Part shown: in pieces, positions 62,464 through 64,000 of the stretch
How the letters are laid out: the number at the start of each line of letters is the position of its first letter
Numbering within the stretch: position 1 is the stretch's first letter
NCBI GenBank assembly: GCA_051362555.1
Contig: CM120645.1
Location: 1,798,001 to 1,862,000 of the forward strand
Direction of reading: 5' to 3'
Source of the DNA: Lingula anatina
Lineage: Eukaryota; Animalia; Brachiopoda
DNA: 64,000 bases
Notes under the pieces: model-generated
Databases searched by the model: none
The model's input: the letters and a program-made list of their open reading frames with translations, nothing else
What the model was told of the DNA's origin: nothing
Position numbers and translations under genes: made by a program

Positions 62464-62856
62464 CAGGTTTGAACACCCTGGGTGTCAAGGTCCCTGTAAA
62501 CCCCCCTCTCTGCTTACCTTAGGGACCACTGACTCTCAGAGAGGTTTTGAATAAGTAAAAATCTTCATTAGCTTGGTAGTTGGATCATAAATGAAAATTA
62601 GCAAACACAAGCTGAAATACTTTCATACCATTACTCACATCAGTCTGATGAAGGCCTATGTCCAGGTTGTCCGTAAGCTAACAGTATGAAAGTATTTTGG
62701 CTTGTGTTTGATAATTTTTTATTTATGAGGTTGTGAATAACTTACCACATTTTCATTGAGGGGAGGGTTGTAAGCGTATCCCAGCGAAGACTTCACCAGG
62801 GACGTCACTGCCTCTGCACCCCAGTACCTCATTGTAGGATTTGGGTGTTGACAAAT
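745..62856 (-). CDS. MON2: MON2 (endosome-to-Golgi trafficking regulator), 3' portion; 15 coding exons, 5' end beyond the window
   Basis: Hand-spliced exons translate to conserved MON2 C-terminal motifs ([62 protein letters not shown]-terminus [11 protein letters not shown]). All introns are GT-AG and phases chain without frameshift. Confidence 0.96.
1242..1324 (-). CDS. MON2: MON2 penultimate coding exon ([22 protein letters not shown]...)
   Basis: TTTCAG acceptor, GTAAG donor, 83 nt. Confidence 0.92.
1997..2204 (-). CDS. MON2: MON2 exon ([24 protein letters not shown]...[11 protein letters not shown])
   Basis: CTTCAG acceptor, GTATTT donor, 208 nt. Confidence 0.92.
2768..2894 (-). CDS. 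MON2: MON2 exon ([12 protein letters not shown]...ILNQGSIH...)
   Basis: CTCCAG acceptor, GTACTG donor, 127 nt; inside ORF 2709..2903. Confidence 0.9.
3543..3603 (-). CDS. MON2: MON2 exon ([20 protein letters not shown])
   Basis: TTCAG acceptor, GTAAGT donor, 61 nt. Confidence 0.89.
3920..3986 (-). CDS. MON2: MON2 exon ([21 protein letters not shown])
   Basis: TTCAG acceptor, GTAAG donor, 67 nt. Confidence 0.9.
5066..5183 (-). CDS. MON2: MON2 exon ([21 protein letters not shown]...GLPVARKH)
   Basis: TTTCAG acceptor, GTGAG donor, 118 nt. Confidence 0.93.
7179..7291 (+). repeat. 5' LTR (113 bp)
   Basis: TGTAGTG...CACAACA, identical to 13470-13582. Confidence 0.96.
7293..7307 (+). other. Primer binding site, likely tRNA-Ser(GCU)
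   Basis: TGGCGACAAGGATGG one base after the LTR; one mismatch to the complement of the metazoan tRNA-Ser(GCU) 3' end as I recall it (TGGCGACGAGGATGG). Confidence 0.8.
7353..8846 (+). CDS. gag: Gag (coiled coil, capsid-like region, CCHC zinc knuckle)
   Basis: First in-frame ATG at 7353 (the ORF-track start is a TTG inside the LTR); [14 protein letters not shown] knuckle. Confidence 0.92.
   Translation: MEPLCSNEIDNSCEETRITHMENEIRHLNSKFEGLCENVYKMTEGLQKFQTEFISYMRRDNPSLLENSAAPLTHAQQGHIEINDPHDADAPPVSVTSTESSTHGLSERISSNADFIPDPGQPVVSVPTVPAYRYGRQNYDARGPHLQFCEDVPRFTPTQRSRPVDTPLYTDENRQPPPTGRSFPIYNESHITCLQPPTRFQSYDGSTNFYSYYVKLCCVAESKGWGVKEIYEIMITSLEGKALDEFVKLPPNERMHLHSVVDTLMKCFGKTENSSLARTELAAIKQKENESYEEFGSRVRILALSAYRGTGLFNQMATESFLRGCSDKDLVGKVMCMRPRTLEEAVENARTCGANMQILGLRNENCNKQVRKVIFKEPQSPCTDHIERQNPPNVTRVQFSPRSSSPNRAKSFQSNDAEQRLQNIESSLLELIQLFRQSVNQTQKGNDTQFGTPPRGITRCYNCHETGHISTNCPQKNSDSLNRNRSPVRSNNRPQLQ
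8792..8850 (+). other. -1 ribosomal frameshift signal (G_TTA_AAC plus downstream stem or pseudoknot)
   Basis: Heptamer in the gag frame just after the last pol-frame stop (8786-8788); 6-nt spacer; AGGTCG/CGACCT stem. Confidence 0.75.
8885..12733 (+). CDS. pol: Pol polyprotein (protease, RT, RNase H, integrase); frame open from 8789, probably made as Gag-Pol by -1 frameshift
   Basis: IDTAA protease, YLDD RT, LDTDAS RNase H, HHCC and DDE integrase, GPF motif; no stops or frameshifts. Confidence 0.96.
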   Translation: MAKGESLVVPIHVNGIKTNAVIDTAAQVTIVSDKLLSQITGEITYGGYHDIKGIPQISLRAREIKGLKLAIGSEVYEWTALAAPIPDNVLLGLDFLKMFECNICLENNFISLTRPDSSDRRRNKVHASIRKGSDNYLVANRVILSKKVAVPPHSEKFVQVPFVAERNKTFLLNAPKHDQKGLSVPYGLISTDFTDACLSCSIALRNETDKSITLKAGHVMGDLEEIERVLGYPESFDSSNVHQSFSVLKVDVNSNDVENNIPEHVRDLWKRSSEDLSDEQSLKLGNLLIKYADVFSKSEFDIGHFTKIKHRIDTNEAKPIKQRLRRTPLGFEQEEKATLDKLLAADIVQPSCSEWASSPVLVRKKDGTLRYCIDFRALNKVTVKDVYPLPQIDECLDVLAGTRYFSTLDMNCAYYQVEVEESSRPKTAFMTKYGLFEFKRLPFGLTNSPATFMRAVNSVLHGLTWRQVLAYLDDVVVLGNSFDDSIANIALVLDRFKENGLKLKPSKCSLLKRSVLYLGKLVDENGIAPNPDSIKAVQRWPRPKCKKDVERFLGLVNYHRSHIKCFAAMSGILYDLTKNKSVFNWTNEHEVAFNDLKQALVHSPVLSFPDSDGLFILDTDASDTCIGAELIQVQNDTEKVISYGSFALTPSQRRYCTTKKELLAVVRFTRQYRHYLLGRKFVIRTDHCSLTWIMRFKLLNGVLARWMEELAQYDFEIQHRSGKNHSNADSLSRIPLQHKDCYYYEDGCDVTKLPCGGCHHCTRLHEEWDRFNKDVDYIGPLSLRSVKTVTPAVDPPRENTGNVELFAKYTASQLREAQLKDPHLLKVIGWIEENVSPSQEELQLCSTAVKFLWTNFNLLSMKDGVLYYSRFDKSSFNPLLVLPKEFQQEALSLCHDPVISGHQGISRTLSKLRQSVFWYGMTTDCKLYVNSCVACEKNKKANRKFRAELQNFHAGAPLERVHIDILGPLTPSKSGNKYILVVVCQFTKWVEAYPLADQTADTVSKTLVNNFIARFGCPTIIHSDMGANFTSELFSNVCSLLSINKTQTSPYRPSSNGAVERQNRTIMQCIRCYLEGQDSNWDEHLSLITSAIRAVPNRQTGLTPNMLMFGRETRQPIDFTFGLKSIKGDVEPNSYVMQLKEKLESVHELARKCLGENLKTQKAYYDANARQTQYCKGDLVYRYNNMSKPGRSKKLQPVWLGPFKIIEVLSPILYKIKTKRKVVVVHHDHLKPCKGRGALKPSKAKCVTPPNVDDDQPQGDRTVKDAVVTRSGRTVIPPIRYC
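13461..13469 (+). other. Polypurine tract
   Basis: GGGGAGGAA immediately 5' of the 3' LTR. Confidence 0.88.
13470..13582 (+). repeat. 3' LTR (113 bp)
   Basis: Identical to the 5' LTR; directly follows the PPT and is followed by the TSD. Confidence 0.96.
14571..14606. repeat. (TAA)n microsatellite
   Basis: Perfect trinucleotide run. Confidence 0.95.
15762..16061 (+). promoter_or_regulatory. Candidate distal promoter and non-coding first exon of the bZIP gene
   Basis: Locally GC/CpG-richer; D-box at 15762; GTTACGTCAC at 15870; TATA-like TATAGA near 15893; strong CAG|GTAAGG donor at 16061. Confidence 0.4.
17951..18002. repeat. (TA)n microsatellite
   Basis: Perfect dinucleotide run. Confidence 0.98.
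18089..18180. repeat. 36-bp tandem repeat x about 2.6
   Basis: GTCAATTTGCCATGTAACACTGTTACTATCAAGGAA units at 18089, 18125 and 18161 (partial). Confidence 0.93.
31733..32074 (+). promoter_or_regulatory. Candidate proximal promoter and first exon of the bZIP gene
   Basis: ATTATGCAAT at 31733, TATAAAA near 31842, CTTATGCAAT at 31977; GTG|GTAAGA donor at 32074, 257 nt upstream of the coding-exon acceptor. Confidence 0.35.
32381..33175 (+). CDS. PAR/CES-2-like bZIP transcription factor, nested antisense in a MON2 intron
   Basis: [29 protein letters not shown] basic region with PAR-type extension, then leucine zipper. Acceptor at 32331, in-frame TGA at 32336, first ATG at 32381. Confidence 0.92.
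   Translation: MLSYINQEAMQQSSRDPERPFKAYPRTLPVSFYGSTSPHYTSGYSPSYSNNMSGYSMSQQPPLQVAPQQPGASSSCMMGQSDMHRMSQARPQEPPQALYPQNVDIAIPMSSGGLMPKIKGEEMASVSSPRQHSHSSSITSSATLGSPIAGPSSIDVSQGSRSSASSPGDQPSTSDGSGGGSTQKKLPIKKRPNAVPEDKKDNGYWEKRKKNNESAKRSRDARRMKEEQIAMRVVYLEQENLQLRTEVSLLKSEIEKLRCMLYNS
37940..38065. repeat. 18-bp minisatellite x7 (TGATRAGTGACATCACRM)
   Basis: Seven units read directly. Confidence 0.95.
41501..41629 (-). CDS. MON2: MON2 exon ([23 protein letters not shown]...HKVIK)
   Basis: TTTCAG acceptor, GTATGT donor, 129 nt; joins in frame to TLRVPL at 5183. Confidence 0.91.
42031..42174 (-). CDS. MON2: MON2 exon ([26 protein letters not shown]...)
   Basis: TTTCAG acceptor, GTATGG donor, 144 nt, phase 0/0. 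Confidence 0.9.
42286..42948. repeat. Diverged tandem duplication (42286-42599 and 42641-42948)
   Basis: Both copies begin CAGGCACCCAACTCTTTGGTAG, end TTTTCAAGTCA and are colinear in between. Confidence 0.92.
43182..43474 (-). mobile_element. Possible SINE or LINE 3' fragment
   Basis: GC-richer block ending, on the minus strand, in an (ATTC)n/(ATTT) simple-repeat tail; no family recognised. Confidence 0.3.
46654..49296 (+). CDS. TRIM-like protein (RING, B-box, coiled coil, long Q/H/S/P-rich tail), single coding exon
   Basis: CALC..CGH.YCSGC..CPDRKC RING; CPRH..CLMC..CPDC..H..H B-box; 880-aa intact ORF. Confidence 0.92.
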   Translation: MSSPESAWITRPETPDTTVIAKANKRVKGRKKVIQRSTSVPGTPQSVRSLSLSLSNLQSQKSATSISGGLEVVSPQQRGATGDSMHLNPQPHQRQASIQSMHSVHSLSNIQAATGVNAIFTPSQGVCALCKQPYDEPRLLKCGHCYCSGCILKNMKSRTLRKYAIIKCPDRKCHRETKIPGGKIDKLQQLQAFSDVRENDNTHQMPQQHSVDFCPRHPKSLLRFYCLMCDMPICPDCIDSSHDGHNICSLEKAAKESQNTLQIVSKELGETIATVQQKLNKLSQYRWNLHNNFTAVEAEIKDRASTIALYVNEHCDKLLRNLSEVWQDKMAELDVVIAEADDALRILNAMKINAAAVVDGHNSDIVHEALLIQKELPRIVSITHAPLPQKISLSFNRGSLPQDNLSDIYGSFTVDSDSWRNGILKNNDNSSTPQQPPPLPTTYPPELPLKTKQNVEEVHYKQPEMVPISLYQPTGQKAQSSPPQSNHMQLAMEAKHHMEMLRLQNQTNMEATPYPNQHHHQQQQNNAMSHYQTPKAVPKSQLSQSQLSQPAVQLSAKSTNMVRFKASTQEKVYSTPTVLPRTPQEAKSGNYATVNAYRTASTQHQTTTSSAENVQPQNQTMSNMVGYSPSSNQSSSTTKTAQPVQPYHHPKKIAVLPIDKGEVRGHSPSHVTRGTPAPQYAHIKAHHQQMLRVLPTVNEDSGGSISSLTREIHNVGQGHDPHYFQHHESDGSGMRMTKANGHHGDQLYLHQDQIGHYAKTDHGSSIKMEVIESSSYQHLQHHPVSQSVLRLQGGPQTGDMTQTYPYHLHQTPRVQSQNDSTSSTEDFTSSPPSQQINTMDTSWVQDSYEYLQEVQTPPSQSSSQQKHSPGGYYQEGITYL
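52857..54308 (+). CDS. TRIM-like protein with degenerate single-zinc RING, B-box, coiled coil and P/Y-motif tail
   Basis: First ATG at 52857 (the ORF-track start is GTG); RLLSCGH...CPVC; YCEDC..ICDRC..H..H B-box; heptad region. Confidence 0.88.
   Translation: MASQRKSVSSIFLDWSEEESEDGSSIASSVSSNGPMRLLSCGHALNEDSIQRLKSKKHWSKVTCPVCQSETTIQGQDVNKSPLDINNTNLYRMVRDDNISYRNHLVLQMAQEAEEGVTLKKDVDLNDPSSWCTCRQKQEVQHYCEDCHNFICDRCSKLEHLWHRVTSLKAMSEPQRSKIGCGLNTLEEYVKELVYIQEQLGLHERNSNKTYEDTKALILRQGETVKQLVDQTCQDLIGEVDKIKQENEKIIHEKKLEIHKKLGELGNQKERANKVLLGGTDKAVLEEAKSLNKILDNFDLLSPPAYKFRINYIRPEVCLEDMSPLLGRLKLIKIEWGGKVDNLRKEGYHKEIWSHTNVTPLKITERPLPTLPPDANRVGSRSDTRFRATPPSPTSPTANNMVKHLRIPHERIYDTIPDSGEYLMPSPLRKLQGGSAPQLTAGNSSPEIPETPERVKRSPWVNVLKRTSEISLPDILTSTDSTA
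56334..56887 (-). CDS. MON2: MON2 exon ([14 protein letters not shown]...LQAVNVLVK)
   Basis: TTTTAG acceptor, GTAAGT donor, 554 nt; inside ORF 56268..56951. Confidence 0.94.
57320..57524 (-). CDS. MON2: MON2 exon (VLFPLLDKV...[17 protein letters not shown]...)
   Basis: CCCCAG acceptor, GTATGA donor, 205 nt. Confidence 0.94.
57966..58223 (-). CDS. MON2: MON2 exon (WNISDFFFQ...TWQAVLWQ)
   Basis: TTTCAG acceptor, GTACG donor, 258 nt; overlaps ORF 57933..58166. Confidence 0.93.
58516..58678 (-). CDS. MON2: MON2 exon ([20 protein letters not shown]...[14 protein letters not shown])
   Basis: TTCCAG acceptor, GTAGG donor, 163 nt. Confidence 0.93.
59082..59257 (-). CDS. MON2: MON2 exon ([33 protein letters not shown]...)
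   Basis: CTGCAG acceptor, GTAAAG donor, 176 nt. Confidence 0.92.
59308..59361. repeat. (GAA)n-rich simple repeat
   Basis: Imperfect GAA run. Confidence 0.85.
61126..61330. mobile_element. MITE-like element with long terminal inverted repeats, copy 1
   Basis: Roughly the first 65 nt are imperfectly reverse-complementary to the last 70 nt; homologous to 63253-63462. Confidence 0.75.
62411..62461. repeat. (AG)n microsatellite
   Basis: Near-perfect dinucleotide run. Confidence 0.96.
62746..62856 (-). CDS. MON2: MON2 exon ([22 protein letters not shown]...)
   Basis: TTTAG acceptor, GTAAG donor, 111 nt, phase 0/0. Confidence 0.92.
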
Positions 62857-63252
62857 CTAAAAAAAATAAAAATGCAAATTGTTGATTATTTTCAGTAAAT
62901 TTAAGCAAAGAAATCTTATATTTCTCATAAGTAATATTCAAATTTTATCTTGTAAAATCCATGGATCAATTGATGTATATAATATCTTCCACTCCAACAT
63001 CTGAAAGACAACATGAAATGGTATATGACAGCATTCCAAGGAAAGTTGATTTGTTGCCAGATAGAATCTTTTATGTATAACCAGAAATAATAAATCTTGC
63101 CAGAATGAGACTCTTGAATAAACAAAGTTAGAATATTTTAATTTATCACCATCCTGGCAAAGTTTACAGCAAATCTGGAAAGCAAACTAACAAAAATAGT
63201 AAACCCCATTTTTTTTCAGGACTAGAAGTGATCAAAGCCTTCACTAGCTTGT

Positions 63253-63462
63253 GAGAGCATTTACAACAAAGTTGATCTGTGGACTAACTAGTATAGTCCA
63301 GGTATCAAATATGGCACGCACTTGACAGTGGATCCCCGCCTCCCATGCACACCGCCCCAACAGGGACAGAGTAATTAAATCTCAGAATGCTTTCAAGTGG
63401 GTGGCGCCATATTTGATCCATGGATCTGTAAGTCCGCAGATCAACTTGCTCTGAATGTACCC
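63253..63462. mobile_element. MITE-like element, copy 2
   Basis: Shares ATGGCACGCACTTGACA and TTCAAGTGGGT blocks and the inverted termini (AGTTGATC...GATCAACT) with copy 1. Confidence 0.75.
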
Positions 63463-64000
63463 TGTAACATATGGGTTAATATTTATTCACTTCTTGCAGA
63501 TACAATTTAATCATTATTATAGCTTCTGTGTCCTTACTACATCTCGGGAAGGTTCTTAAGTTGGGCAATCAAGAAAATATAAAAATCAGAAAAGGTATGA
63601 TAAAGGCCAGTTGCTTATACTATACCTAAAACATATGAAGAAAAGGAAAATAATTTAAACTCCAACTGAAAGATGACCTTTTTAAAAATCTGGATATACA
63701 ACATCAGAAATGGGCCAACTTAAAAGTGATAAAATTCTGGTGTTGATTCCTTTGTTAAATAATGGTTAATTATTAGTAAATTATTGGTCTTTGCAGAGAT
63801 CTGCATTCCCTGAGTGCTTTTCTAGTTTTTAATATTATCTTAATACCTTTCATCCACAAATTTGTGAAGTAATAAAGAAAGGCCAACAACCTCCTTCAAA
63901 GTATTTTCCACAATAAACTGTCTAATAAACATCTTATGTGAAGTATTTATGTCATCATAAAACCACTGGAAAAGCAAACAATGGACTTAATAGCAGTGTT

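Overview
AT-rich animal genomic DNA, probably an invertebrate such as a mollusc (inferred from gene content, not proven). The window is almost entirely the 3' part of a minus-strand MON2 gene: 15 coding exons traced by hand from 62856 to the TGA at 745-747, all GT-AG and phase-consistent. Two very large MON2 introns hold opposite-strand passengers. Intron 5184-41500 (36.3 kb) contains an intact, very young Ty3/Gypsy LTR retrotransposon (7179-13582) and a PAR/CES-2-like bZIP transcription factor (CDS 32381-33175). The retrotransposon has identical 113-bp LTRs, a CAAA target-site duplication, a tRNA-Ser primer site, a -1 frameshift signal and a dead dUTPase-like domain. The bZIP gene sits among D-box, RORE and C/EBP-ATF motifs. 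Intron 42175-56333 (14.2 kb) contains two single-exon TRIM-like genes (RING, B-box, coiled coil) with disordered signalling tails. One of them keeps only one of the two RING zinc sites, next to a SIM-like motif. Two copies of a MITE, several tandem repeats and microsatellites are also present. No rRNA, tRNA or CRISPR features were seen.
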